Shown here one piece after another: positions 1-9,552 of a stretch of 64,000 nt of DNA. A model generated the notes under the pieces. That model saw only the letters and a list, made by a program, of their open reading frames with translations. It was not told the origin of the DNA and ran no database searches. Numbering within the stretch: position 1 is the stretch's first letter; the number at the start of each line of letters is the position of its first letter. Made by a program: the position numbers and the translations under genes. The DNA comes from an uncultured Candidatus Saccharibacteria bacterium (GTDB lineage: Bacteria; Patescibacteriota; Minisyncoccia; Phycocordibacterales; PALSA-1337), in NCBI GenBank assembly GCA_964459225.1, contig CAYWKB010000001.1, positions 116,140 to 180,139 on the forward strand, given 5' to 3'.

Positions 1-109
1 CTGCTCCCACCATACCAAAGTCTTGTGTAAATATATTAATAAATTTATTTGCCTCACCTTGATTGAGACTATTTACTATAAATCCTTTTGTTGTGTATAT
101 ATTGTGCAT

Positions 110-138
110 TTGACAATAAAATTATATGGTGTATACTA
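110..138 (+). promoter_or_regulatory. sigma70-like promoter TTGACA-17nt-TATACT
   Basis: Near-consensus -35 (110-115) and -10 (133-138) hexamers with a 17-nt spacer, read directly. No ORF follows, only a GC-rich segment and a terminator. Confidence 0.4.
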
Positions 139-145
139 ATATCAG

Positions 146-253
146 TAATCGGTTAGTTTGGTTCTTTGGTTGCCGAAAGGCATTGGTGAGGTCGAGTCAG
201 TGGTGTTCCTCCGGGGCGGTCGCATTCTTTTGTGCGACCGCCCTTTTTCTTAC
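146..253 (+). ncRNA. candidate small RNA of unknown family (~105 nt)
   Basis: GC-rich segment in a 30% GC background, bounded by a consensus-like promoter and an intrinsic terminator. The only coding ORF here (158-373) overlaps ileS and looks spurious. No match to SRP, tmRNA or RNase P motifs that I can see. Confidence 0.3.
214..249 (+). terminator. rho-independent terminator (11-bp GC stem gggcggtcgca/tgcgaccgccc + TTTTT)
   Basis: Perfect inverted repeat followed by a T-tract, read directly. It lies immediately 3' of the ileS stop on the opposite strand. Confidence 0.6.
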
Positions 254-3200
254 CTATTTTATTTCTATCTTTGTTTCTTCGGTACTTTCTGTATAGTAAA
301 TAGCAGAAAGACCGGTTGTTTTCCTTATTATTTCTTCACCCTTTTTGTATATTTCTATATTTTCTTTGCTTGATGAAATAGATAATTCGGCAATATCTTT
401 AACATTCATTCCTTTTTCTTTTCTTAAATCTTGAATACTTCTTTGAAGCTCTCTTACTATCCCCTCCTCTTTTAATTCTTTTGTAATAGTAGTATCGAGC
501 AATACATCATTTAATATACTTACGTCATGCACTATTTCTTTTACATTTACTTCGTCTTTTAAAATATAAATTAAATCATCATTTATTTTAACTTTTGTTG
601 TAAGCTTTGATAGTGGTTGTCTTACATTTATTTTTGCATTCATGCGGGCTTCAAGACCAAGAGATGCAATCTTCCTTAGATTAGACATTGAATTCAACAC
701 CTCTACATTAACCTTCTTTAAATCAGACCATGATTCCAAATGAACACTTTCCTTCATGTCCTTTGTTTTTAATTTTTGATATATATCTTCAGCAATAAAT
801 GGCATAAATGGTGCGATTAATTTTGTGAATTCTATTATCACATTTCTTGTGGTTGATAATGCCATTTCCCTATCACTTAGATTATCACTTTTAAATCTAT
901 CTCTTGATCTTCTTAAATACCAGGTTGAAAGATCATCCACAAAATCAGCAATAGGTCTTGATGCTCTGTCTATTTCACATTTTTCTAAATTATCTGTAAT
1001 CTCTTTTGCCACTTGAGACAGTCTTGTGTTTATCCATATATCCAATTGATTTGTACTTTTAACATTTTTGATTTCCAATCCTTGTGAATACATTTCATAA
1101 AATGAAACCACATTATTTAATCTTCCTATATGCTTTTTAACTACTTCATCAACTAATTTTTCTGAAAAAACTACATCCTGTGCTCTAACTGCAGATGATG
1201 ACATCAGGAAATATCTAAGTGCATCTGCACCGTATTTATTTACAACAAGCATTAAATCTGGGTAATTTTTCTTTGACTTTGACATCTTTTGACCGTCCTC
1301 AGCAAGCACAAGTCCGTTTACTATGACTTTTTTGTATGGAGACTTACCAAAGAGTGCAACACCGAGAACAAGCATAGAATAAAACCATCCTCTAGTCTGA
1401 TCCAATCCTTCAGAAATAAAGTCAGCTGGATAACCCTTTGTCTTGCCTAATATCTTGCTAAATGGTCCTGGCTTTGGATTGAAATCGCATTTATTGAATG
1501 GATAATGTGATTCACCAAATGGCATTGAGCCTGATTCAAACCAACAATCAAATACTTCAGGAATTCTCTTTAGTTTACTGCCTTTGTCTGTATACAGCTC
1601 AATATTATCTATATATGGTCTATGCAAATCTAATTCGTATTCATCATTATGTGGTAAAGGATGGAAATCTAATTTTCTTGGTTTTGCATTTTTATTATAA
1701 TGCTCATCACTTCCCCTAAGTGCTATTGATTCCTTTCTATTTAATCCTTGCGAAACTGTTTCAAGTAAAAATAGTGGTGTATCATGAGAAATTATCAAAA
1801 TATTTTTGCCAGAATATTTATTTTCATAATCATATATTGCATTACCCATTCTCTTTTTGATATCAACATAGTTTTCACCTCCTTCTGGAGTCATTTCGAA
1901 TCTATTTTTATGAGAAAAATTTGAAACAAAATCATCAAATGGCTTGCCGTTCCAAACACCTGCATTTAATTCTTTTACTCTCTGATCTATTATTATTTTT
2001 GATTTATCCAAGCCTAATTTATCTGCAATTATATTTGCAGTTTCCATTGTTCTTATGAAAGGCGACACAAATATTAAATCAATCTTTTTATCTGATAGCC
2101 ATTTACCTGCTTCATTTGCTTGCTTTTTACCTAATTCAGTTAAATGATGTGGATTATCCTCTTTTGAACTTATAACCTTTTCGGTATTATTCATTGCCTC
2201 TCCATGACGACAGACATAGTATGTGTTTTTTGCTTTGCTGTACTTTTTTAAATCTTTTACTGATCCAAATACAATACATTCATTTGTTTTTTCATCACGC
2301 CATACAGGAAGTGGTGCACCCCAAAAACGTGAGCGGGATATTGCCCAGTCTCTTGCTCCAGTCAACCAATCTCCAAATCTTTTTTCACCGATTTCTTTTG
2401 GCGTCCATTTTACTTTTGAATTTTCTTTTATTAATTTATCTTTTATTGCAGTCACTTTTACAAACCATGATGAAGTTGCATAGTTTAAAAGTGGAGTAGA
2501 ACAACGCCAACAATGTGGATATGAGTGTATTATCTTTTCCTTTGCAAAAAGACTTCCTGCATGAGCAAGGTATTTAATTATTTCAATATCTGCCTTTTGA
2601 TGACCTTCAACTTTATTTACTCTATCTTCATCTGTTGTTTTTGGTTTAACATCTTTAAAAGCAAAATCCTTAACTTGAGCTGTAAACTTACCGTCCATAC
2701 TTACATGCTGAATAAATGGAATATTATTTTTTACTGATAATTCATAATCATCAGTACCGAAGGCTGGTGCAATATGTACAATTCCTGTTCCACTATCTAT
2801 AGTTACAAAATCTGCATCGTATATTTTATATGCATTTTCAATATTTTTTATTTTTTTATCATTTACAAAATAATCAAATACTGGAATATATGACTTACCT
2901 ATCAAGTCCTTTATACTTACCTCACCTAACACTTTGTATTCTTGCTTTATTGTAGAAAGTCTTGATTCAGCTAAAATCAAATTATCTATACCCTTTTCTG
3001 TCTTTACTTCTATTTTTACATATTTGATTTTTGAGTTTATCGCTAATGCGGTGTTACCTGGTAATGTCCAGGGTGTTGTTGTCCATGCAAGTAATGATGT
3101 ATTTTTATCATCCTTTAATTTAAATTTAACATAAACTGAAATGTCAGTTATATCTTTGTATCCCTGACTAACTTCAAAATTTGAAAGTGTTGTTTCGCAT

Positions 3201-3772
3201 CGTGTACAAAGATTCATAGACTTAAAACCTTCGTATATTAATCCCTTTTTATGCAATTCAGAAAATGCCCACCACACAGATTCGGTATAACTTGAATCCA
3301 TAGTCCTGTAATCATCTTCCATATCAACAAATCTTCCAAGTCTTGGGATTATTTTTCTCCAATCATTAGCATAACGCATCACACTATTCCTTGATGCTTC
3401 GTTAAATTTATCTATTCCGTAATCGATAATATCTTTTTTGCTTTTTAAATTTAATTCTTTTTCAATTAGATTTTCGACTGGAAGCCCATGGCAGTCCCAA
3501 CCCCATCTACGACGGACTTTGTAACCCTTCATTGTCTTGTATCTAGGTATAATATCTTTTATTGTTCCTGGAACCACATGACCATAATGAGGCTCTCCAG
3601 TTGCAAATGGTGGGCCATCATAAAATACAAAATCACCTTTTGGAGCAGGCTTTTCAACACTTTTCTTGAATATTTGATTATCTTCCCAAAATTTAAGTAT
3701 TTTTTCCTCTGTTTCAACTACTTTGTTTTTAGGTACATTTAGATTATTTTTATCATCTGACATAAAAGTCAT
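254..3772 (-). CDS. ileS: isoleucyl-tRNA synthetase, type 2, with an inserted histidine-phosphatase-like domain
   Basis: N-terminal FYDGPPFATGxPHYGH (HIGH region), WGxPLPVW, DCWFESGS and KMSKS motifs. 1172 aa including about 200 extra aa with RHGE...SPFIRTMETA...ISHD motifs. Confidence 0.9.
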   Translation of the reverse strand: MTFMSDDKNNLNVPKNKVVETEEKILKFWEDNQIFKKSVEKPAPKGDFVFYDGPPFATGEPHYGHVVPGTIKDIIPRYKTMKGYKVRRRWGWDCHGLPVENLIEKELNLKSKKDIIDYGIDKFNEASRNSVMRYANDWRKIIPRLGRFVDMEDDYRTMDSSYTESVWWAFSELHKKGLIYEGFKSMNLCTRCETTLSNFEVSQGYKDITDISVYVKFKLKDDKNTSLLAWTTTPWTLPGNTALAINSKIKYVKIEVKTEKGIDNLILAESRLSTIKQEYKVLGEVSIKDLIGKSYIPVFDYFVNDKKIKNIENAYKIYDADFVTIDSGTGIVHIAPAFGTDDYELSVKNNIPFIQHVSMDGKFTAQVKDFAFKDVKPKTTDEDRVNKVEGHQKADIEIIKYLAHAGSLFAKEKIIHSYPHCWRCSTPLLNYATSSWFVKVTAIKDKLIKENSKVKWTPKEIGEKRFGDWLTGARDWAISRSRFWGAPLPVWRDEKTNECIVFGSVKDLKKYSKAKNTYYVCRHGEAMNNTEKVISSKEDNPHHLTELGKKQANEAGKWLSDKKIDLIFVSPFIRTMETANIIADKLGLDKSKIIIDQRVKELNAGVWNGKPFDDFVSNFSHKNRFEMTPEGGENYVDIKKRMGNAIYDYENKYSGKNILIISHDTPLFLLETVSQGLNRKESIALRGSDEHYNKNAKPRKLDFHPLPHNDEYELDLHRPYIDNIELYTDKGSKLKRIPEVFDCWFESGSMPFGESHYPFNKCDFNPKPGPFSKILGKTKGYPADFISEGLDQTRGWFYSMLVLGVALFGKSPYKKVIVNGLVLAEDGQKMSKSKKNYPDLMLVVNKYGADALRYFLMSSSAVRAQDVVFSEKLVDEVVKKHIGRLNNVVSFYEMYSQGLEIKNVKSTNQLDIWINTRLSQVAKEITDNLEKCEIDRASRPIADFVDDLSTWYLRRSRDRFKSDNLSDREMALSTTRNVIIEFTKLIAPFMPFIAEDIYQKLKTKDMKESVHLESWSDLKKVNVEVLNSMSNLRKIASLGLEARMNAKINVRQPLSKLTTKVKINDDLIYILKDEVNVKEIVHDVSILNDVLLDTTITKELKEEGIVRELQRSIQDLRKEKGMNVKDIAELSISSSKENIEIYKKGEEIIRKTTGLSAIYYTESTEETKIEIK

Positions 3773-3800
3773 TCTAGCATTTTACCAACTTTTTTTCATC

Positions 3801-5510
3801 CTACATCTTAGATGGAACTTCAATTCCTAATATCCATAATCCTGATTTCATAATATGAGCAAACATTTTTGTAATCATAATTCGATATGCTGTATACTCA
3901 CTCTTTTCATCTAATATCTGATTATTTGTATAATATGAATTAAATTCACCAACAAGGTCTATTAAATATGTTACTAAATAATTTGGCGCGTATTCTAATC
4001 TTGATCTTTCAACTACTTCATTAAATCTAATTAGCTTTTTTTCTAATGAACTAATATTTTCATCAAATTTTATTTCATTTGAATACTTTGTATCTTTTGC
4101 CTTTGCCAATATAGCATTTGCCCTAACCGCTCCGTACTGTAGATATGGACCTGAATCCCCTTCAAATGAAATTGCCTTATCTGCATCGTATATAATGTCT
4201 CCACCTATTGATTGTCTGAGTATTGTGTATTTTAATCCCGCAATTGCTATTTGATTTTTAATTTTTTTGTATTCAACTTCTTCAAAATCTTTTCCTTTCA
4301 TCTTTACATCAACTAATTTTTCAAATTCTTCTATGAGTTCTGTTGCGGGTATTATATTTCCCTTTCTTGAAGACATTTTCCCTGTACTTGGTCTCAATAT
4401 TCCATGACTCAAATGCTTCATTTTTGAAGCGATATTTTTATCTATTTGATTGAATGCAGAAATAATAACCTTAAAATACGCATTTTGTTCATTTGCTGTT
4501 ATCACAATTGATTCATTTAATTTTGGATATAAATCAAATTTGGTAAATGTTAAACCGATTTCTTTTGCTTCATAAGTTGGTAATCCTTCGCTATTTATGA
4601 ACACTCTTGTATGTTCCCCATATTTTTCACCAGGGAAAATTATCGCACCATCGCTTTTTTCAAATACGCCTTTTTCTAAATTTTCATTTACCTTTTTAAC
4701 ACCGAGTGATGCAACTTCACTTTCAAAAAAGAAATTATCGAACTTTGTTCCAAGTTTTTTGTATATAGTATCAAAATATTCAAGACTTATTTTTCTGCCT
4801 TCATTATATATTTTATTTATTTCTTCATCTGATTTATTGAAAATCTTTTTATTTATTTCTATTATTTCCTTTTTTGAATTTTCATTATCTGCATATTGAT
4901 TTTCACCATATACATACATTTCACCTAGAAATTTAATTCTCTTTTCCAAGTCAATATTTTCGGCTGGTATATTACCTATATTTTTAGTCATTGCCCATAC
5001 TGTCTTTGCAACATGAAGCCCTACATCGCCCTGATAACAAGCTCGTATCACCTTTGCATTTGAATAACTGACTATTCTAGATATTGATTCACCTATAGTG
5101 TTAGCCATAAGGTGACCAATATGAAATATTTTAAAAGGATTTGGATCAGTGTATTCAATCATCACCTCTTTATTTTTATCTAAATTATTTTTACCAAAAT
5201 CATTTAGATTTTCAGAAATTTTGATTATTTCATTTTTAAATACCGTATCTTTAATTTTAAAATTAATAAATCCAGGACCTGCAATATTTACTGATTCAAT
5301 TATTTCATTTGGATTTTTATTTATCTTTTCTATAATTTGTTCTGCTAATTGTTTTGGAGAAATATTTAATTGTTTTGCATAAAGCATGGCAAAGTTAGTC
5401 GAAAAATCTCCATGATCTTTATTGTCAGGATACTCTATATTTATTTTAGGATTTTGAATATTAAATTCAATAGCTACTTTATTTAATATTTCAATTATCT
5501 TACTTTTCAT
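3801..5510 (-). CDS. argS: arginyl-tRNA synthetase
   Basis: PNPxKxxHIGH...IGESISR class I motif, GKMSSRKG near the C-terminus, C-terminal anticodon-binding region. 569 aa. Confidence 0.9.
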   Translation of the reverse strand: MKSKIIEILNKVAIEFNIQNPKINIEYPDNKDHGDFSTNFAMLYAKQLNISPKQLAEQIIEKINKNPNEIIESVNIAGPGFINFKIKDTVFKNEIIKISENLNDFGKNNLDKNKEVMIEYTDPNPFKIFHIGHLMANTIGESISRIVSYSNAKVIRACYQGDVGLHVAKTVWAMTKNIGNIPAENIDLEKRIKFLGEMYVYGENQYADNENSKKEIIEINKKIFNKSDEEINKIYNEGRKISLEYFDTIYKKLGTKFDNFFFESEVASLGVKKVNENLEKGVFEKSDGAIIFPGEKYGEHTRVFINSEGLPTYEAKEIGLTFTKFDLYPKLNESIVITANEQNAYFKVIISAFNQIDKNIASKMKHLSHGILRPSTGKMSSRKGNIIPATELIEEFEKLVDVKMKGKDFEEVEYKKIKNQIAIAGLKYTILRQSIGGDIIYDADKAISFEGDSGPYLQYGAVRANAILAKAKDTKYSNEIKFDENISSLEKKLIRFNEVVERSRLEYAPNYLVTYLIDLVGEFNSYYTNNQILDEKSEYTAYRIMITKMFAHIMKSGLWILGIEVPSKM

Positions 5511-5757
5511 AAAATTATATTAACTTAAAAATGTGCATAAAGCCATTTGACTTTGTGTGTAGGTATTGTATATTTTAGACAATAGCTCTTTTACTGATAT
5601 GGTAGGTGAGGATGAATGTGCTGCCTGAATCATGGATATTGGCTATGGGAATGAACAAAAAGTGACCAATATCATAGCTGTAAGGAACATTCCACATCGG
5701 TGTGTGTGAGAACATCACAAACGTTTTCACACTTCCTCGTCCTATCCGTAACACAAA

Positions 5758-5799
5758 GGGCGTCCGATTTTCGGTTTTCGGGCGCCCTTTCTCTTTTCT
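5758..5799 (+). terminator. intrinsic terminator hairpin (gggcgtccg...cgggcgccc) + T-rich tract
   Basis: GC hairpin followed by tttctcttttct on the + strand. It also lies just 3' of the glyA stop (minus strand), so it may act bidirectionally. Confidence 0.5.
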
Positions 5800-5813
5800 G
5801 ATTATTTTTTATT

Positions 5814-7016
5814 TTATTTTCTTCTCAAAATAGTGTCTATTCTCTCAGCAATCTTCTTCATATCTTTTTCCTTTTTACCTTTTGTTGTTTCTCCTGCCGT
5901 TCCTAGTCTTATGCCTGATGGATCAATAGGACTTCTAGTATCAAATGGAATTGCATTTTTATTTACTATTATTCCTTCTTTTTCTAATCTATCACTCGCA
6001 TCCTTTCCTGAAATTCCCTTACCCTCCATCCATGTATCAACAAGTATTAAATGACTATCAGTTCCCCCTGAAATTATTTTCCATCCCTTTTTTGATAATT
6101 CATCTGCTAGAACTTTTGCATTCTTTTTGACTTGTTTTGCATACTTTTTAAATGCGGGAGTATTTGCCTCTTTTAAAGCAACTGCAACTGCTGCGATTTG
6201 ATTAATATGTGGACCTCCTTGAAGTCCTGGGAATACTGCTTTATTTATGAGATCTCCCATTATTTGCTCCTTTCCCTTGCTATCAATTATCTTTTTATCA
6301 TTTTTTGAAAAAATAATTGCACTTCTTGGGCCTCTCAATGTCTTATGAACTGTTGTTGTGACTATATCTGCATATTCAAATGGTGATGGATATTCACCTC
6401 CCGCGACTAGTCCCGCAATATGTGACATATCTATCATTAGCAATGCTCCGCAGGCATCGGCAATTTCCCTTAATTTTTTGAAATCAACAATTCTAGGATA
6501 TGCAGTATATCCGCCAACTATAATTGCTGGCTTTTCTGCTATTGCTTTTTCTTTTAATAAATCATAATTAATTAATTCAGTTTCCTTATCTACTCCATAA
6601 GGAATTTGTGACCAGAATTTTCCTGTAGCAGAAACTTTATGACCATGAGTCAAATGACCACCATGATCAAGTGACATACCCATAATCTTTCCACCTTGTG
6701 GCACAAGAGCAAGATAGACAGCAAGGTTGGCGGGTGAACCAGAAAGAGCTTGGACATTTACAGACCATTTATCATTTGAAAGTTTAAAAAGTTTTAATGC
6801 TCTTTCAATAGCCAAATCCTCTATCTTATCTACAATTTCATTTCCACCATAATATCTCTTACCAGAATACCCTTCTGCGTATTTGTTAGTAAGGACAGAG
6901 CCGAGAGCGGTCAAAACATCTTTTGAAACATAGTTTTCAGAAGCAATAAGATTAATGACTTTCTTTTGTCTTTTACCTTCAGATTCAATAAGTTTTTTGA
7001 TTTGAGTGTCTTTCAT
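5814..7016 (-). CDS. glyA: serine hydroxymethyltransferase
   Basis: SENYVS, YAEGYSGKRYYGG and THKTLRGPR (PLP lysine) motifs. 400 aa. Confidence 0.95.
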   Translation of the reverse strand: MKDTQIKKLIESEGKRQKKVINLIASENYVSKDVLTALGSVLTNKYAEGYSGKRYYGGNEIVDKIEDLAIERALKLFKLSNDKWSVNVQALSGSPANLAVYLALVPQGGKIMGMSLDHGGHLTHGHKVSATGKFWSQIPYGVDKETELINYDLLKEKAIAEKPAIIVGGYTAYPRIVDFKKLREIADACGALLMIDMSHIAGLVAGGEYPSPFEYADIVTTTVHKTLRGPRSAIIFSKNDKKIIDSKGKEQIMGDLINKAVFPGLQGGPHINQIAAVAVALKEANTPAFKKYAKQVKKNAKVLADELSKKGWKIISGGTDSHLILVDTWMEGKGISGKDASDRLEKEGIIVNKNAIPFDTRSPIDPSGIRLGTAGETTKGKKEKDMKKIAERIDTILRRK

Positions 7017-7119
7017 GGGATTTTTGGAATTACTTTTAATATACAGATATTATCATTTAATATCGATATATCAAAAAAATAAAATTTTTACGAAACAAAA
7101 CGAGAGTTTGAGCAATATA

Positions 7120-7542
7120 CTATTTACCGGTACTACCAAATCTTCCTTCACCTCTAGAGCTTTCTTTTAAACTATCAACTTCTTCAAAATCAGCGATAAC
7201 TACAGGTATTATCACCAACTGTGCTATCTTATCTCCTTTTTTTATTTCATATTCCACTTGTCCTAAATTTATCAAATTAACATTATATTCCCCTCTATAC
7301 CCAGCATCAAATACCCCTCCCATACTATGTATACCAGCATTTTTAGGTAAACTACCTTTATCCTTAACTATTGCAGCGTATCCAGATTCAAATTCCAATG
7401 CGAATCCAGTGAAGAATATTTTTCTTTCACCAGGCTTTAAAATATAGTTTTCAGTTGAATACATATCCATACCCACATCACCTGGATGAGCATAAGTAGG
7501 GATTTTAGAATCTGAATTTATTTTTTTAATTTTAATTTTCAT
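7120..7542 (-). CDS. dut: dUTP diphosphatase
   Basis: 140 aa with conserved dUTPase motifs: GDVGMD, GxFDAGYRGE and a GxRIAQLVI-like C-terminus. Confidence 0.85.
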   Translation of the reverse strand: MKIKIKKINSDSKIPTYAHPGDVGMDMYSTENYILKPGERKIFFTGFALEFESGYAAIVKDKGSLPKNAGIHSMGGVFDAGYRGEYNVNLINLGQVEYEIKKGDKIAQLVIIPVVIADFEEVDSLKESSRGEGRFGSTGK

Positions 7543-7547
7543 ATAAA

Positions 7548-8189
7548 TTAACCGACAAGTGAATTAATTATTCTTGAGACTTGTTCATGAACATTTTCGA
7601 GATCTTTGTTTGCATCTATTCTAATTGATTTTACACCATCAGATTTGAAGAATACTTCATAACCAGTACGTAGACGATTATGGAAAGCAAGATCTTGTTC
7701 GTCAAAGTGATTACTGTCTAAATTTGTACCGTTACGCGTCTTAACCCTTTCTAAACCTTCTTTAGTTTCGACATCAGCATAAAGATACCAGTCTGGAGTA
7801 ATGTCTAAATTATCCCTAAGTGTCCAAAATAACTTTTCCAATTCAGCACCACCTTTTTGTGCGTGTATTTGGTATGCAAAAGTTGAAGCGTCAAATCTGT
7901 CAGTTATAACATGTTTACCGGATGTGATTGCTGGTATAATGACGTTTTTTATATGATCATATCTCGCCGCAAACATTAGACACATCATTGTCTTATGATC
8001 AGCTTGACCTGCATGTTCATTTTTTAAAGCAAGTGTTCTTATCGCTTCCGCATATGGTGATCCACCAGGTTCCCTGGTTATCACAACATCATCTCCAAGT
8101 TTTTCTTTTATCTTTTGTATGATGGTTGATTTACCTGAACCATCACCACCTTCGATTGCAATAAATAACGGTTTGTTTTTTGTGTTCAT
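7548..8189 (-). CDS. tmk: thymidylate kinase
   Basis: FIAIEGGDGSGKST P-loop, REPGG motif, 213 aa. Confidence 0.9.
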   Translation of the reverse strand: MNTKNKPLFIAIEGGDGSGKSTIIQKIKEKLGDDVVITREPGGSPYAEAIRTLALKNEHAGQADHKTMMCLMFAARYDHIKNVIIPAITSGKHVITDRFDASTFAYQIHAQKGGAELEKLFWTLRDNLDITPDWYLYADVETKEGLERVKTRNGTNLDSNHFDEQDLAFHNRLRTGYEVFFKSDGVKSIRIDANKDLENVHEQVSRIINSLVG

Positions 8190-8202
8190 ATATTCATTTA
8201 CT

Positions 8203-8694
8203 TTATTTAAACATCATATCAGATTCATCTAACAAAAATACATCTTTAATATTTGCTTTTATCATGGAATCCCAACATGGTTTACAACACCACCAATGTC
8301 CATATAGATACAAATCTGCATCCGATATATCTGTATTTGTTTTAAGGGCATTATTTACCGCTGATGTTTCAGCATGCATTTTACTATCTGAACAACCAGG
8401 GCATAGCCAATATTTTTCTCCTGATTTTATTTTTAATATTTTTCTTACACATAATCCTTTTTTATGTAAATTTATCATCCACCTAAATTTAAGTTTTGAT
8501 TTATTAGCCCCATAAGCTATTATTTTTCCATCTTTTACAACCACCGCTCCGGTAGGGTGAAAATGATCAGTGGAATAATTATCCCTGTAGTATTTAGCCT
8601 TCTGCATAAAAGTATTTTCGATACTAACATATTTTATTATTCTGCCTTCAGGTAAATAAGGGTATTTATTATTCATTGTTATTGTTATAATCAT
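8203..8694 (-). CDS. CMP/dCMP deaminase zinc-binding family protein (dCMP-deaminase-like)
   Basis: HAE(T)SA zinc-ligand motif plus CPGC and CCKPC cysteine pairs. The motif order is atypical: a CxxC pair precedes HAE. Confidence 0.6.
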   Translation of the reverse strand: MIITITMNNKYPYLPEGRIIKYVSIENTFMQKAKYYRDNYSTDHFHPTGAVVVKDGKIIAYGANKSKLKFRWMINLHKKGLCVRKILKIKSGEKYWLCPGCSDSKMHAETSAVNNALKTNTDISDADLYLYGHWWCCKPCWDSMIKANIKDVFLLDESDMMFK

Positions 8695-8713
8695 TATATA
8701 TAATAATCACACA

Positions 8714-9550
8714 ATGACAAAATTCGATAAGATTTATAAAGGAATAGTCGAAAATATAATGAATAATGGTATTGAAGAATACAGCGAAAGAACCAAGTAC
8801 AATACAAAGTCATTGCCTGGGGTGCATTTTTCAATTGATCTAGAAAAAGATGGTCTGCCATTATTAACTCTTAGGAAAATACCAATAAAAATGTTTGTTG
8901 CAGAACAGATATGGTTCCTTTCTGGATCAAGAAAACCGGAAATATTTCTTAGAGATTACACCAAAATATGGGATATATTTACAAATCCAGGTGACGTCGT
9001 GACAGTTGCTTATGGATATAGATGGAGAAAGCACTTCGGAAGGGATCAAATAGAATTATTGATTGATTTATTAGAAAAAGAACCCAGCTCTAGACAGGGT
9101 GTGATAATTACATGGGATCCAGCTCAAGATGGTTTATCATTATTTAAAAAGAAAAATGTACCATGTCCTTTTGCTTTTACTGTGAATATAATTGGCGGAA
9201 GATTGCATTTACATAATATTGTAAGATCAAATGATGTAATACTTGGACTACCGTCAGATGTTGCTGGTTTTGCTTTACTACAGTTAATACTGTCACAAAG
9301 ATTAAAAGTAAGACCAGGAATATACTCTCATTCAATATCAAATGCTCATATATATAGCAATCACTATTCTGGAGCCGAGGAGTTACTAAAGAGAGATCAT
9401 GAACATAATGAAATTTTTGTTAATTTACCTGAAAATTCATATGAAAAATCAGTATCAATGGACAAATCTTTTGCAGATAATCTGGTAGAAGACATTGTAA
9501 AGCAGTATAATCCTATGGAAGCAATCAGTGGATTAAAAATAGCACCATAA
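8714..9550 (+). CDS. thyA: thymidylate synthase ThyA family
   Basis: Aligns by eye to ThyA: RTxxxTxSxxG, LxTxRK, EQIWFLSGS, AYGYRWR, DQI...SRQ..ITWDP, VPCPFAF (catalytic Cys), RSND, HIYSNH. The canonical PCH is PCP here. Confidence 0.75.
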   Translation: MTKFDKIYKGIVENIMNNGIEEYSERTKYNTKSLPGVHFSIDLEKDGLPLLTLRKIPIKMFVAEQIWFLSGSRKPEIFLRDYTKIWDIFTNPGDVVTVAYGYRWRKHFGRDQIELLIDLLEKEPSSRQGVIITWDPAQDGLSLFKKKNVPCPFAFTVNIIGGRLHLHNIVRSNDVILGLPSDVAGFALLQLILSQRLKVRPGIYSHSISNAHIYSNHYSGAEELLKRDHEHNEIFVNLPENSYEKSVSMDKSFADNLVEDIVKQYNPMEAISGLKIAP

Positions 9551-9552
9551 CC

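Noticed and set aside
158-373. 71-aa + strand ORF from the track
   Set aside because: It overlaps the 3' end of ileS on the opposite strand and the promoter/terminator-bounded non-coding segment. Its composition (FYFYLCFFG) is typical of spurious AT-rich frames.
5511-5813. T-box riboswitch upstream of argS-ileS
   Set aside because: I examined the minus-strand leader RNA for the T-box consensus and antiterminator bulge and found no match. Only generic hairpins and a terminator are present.
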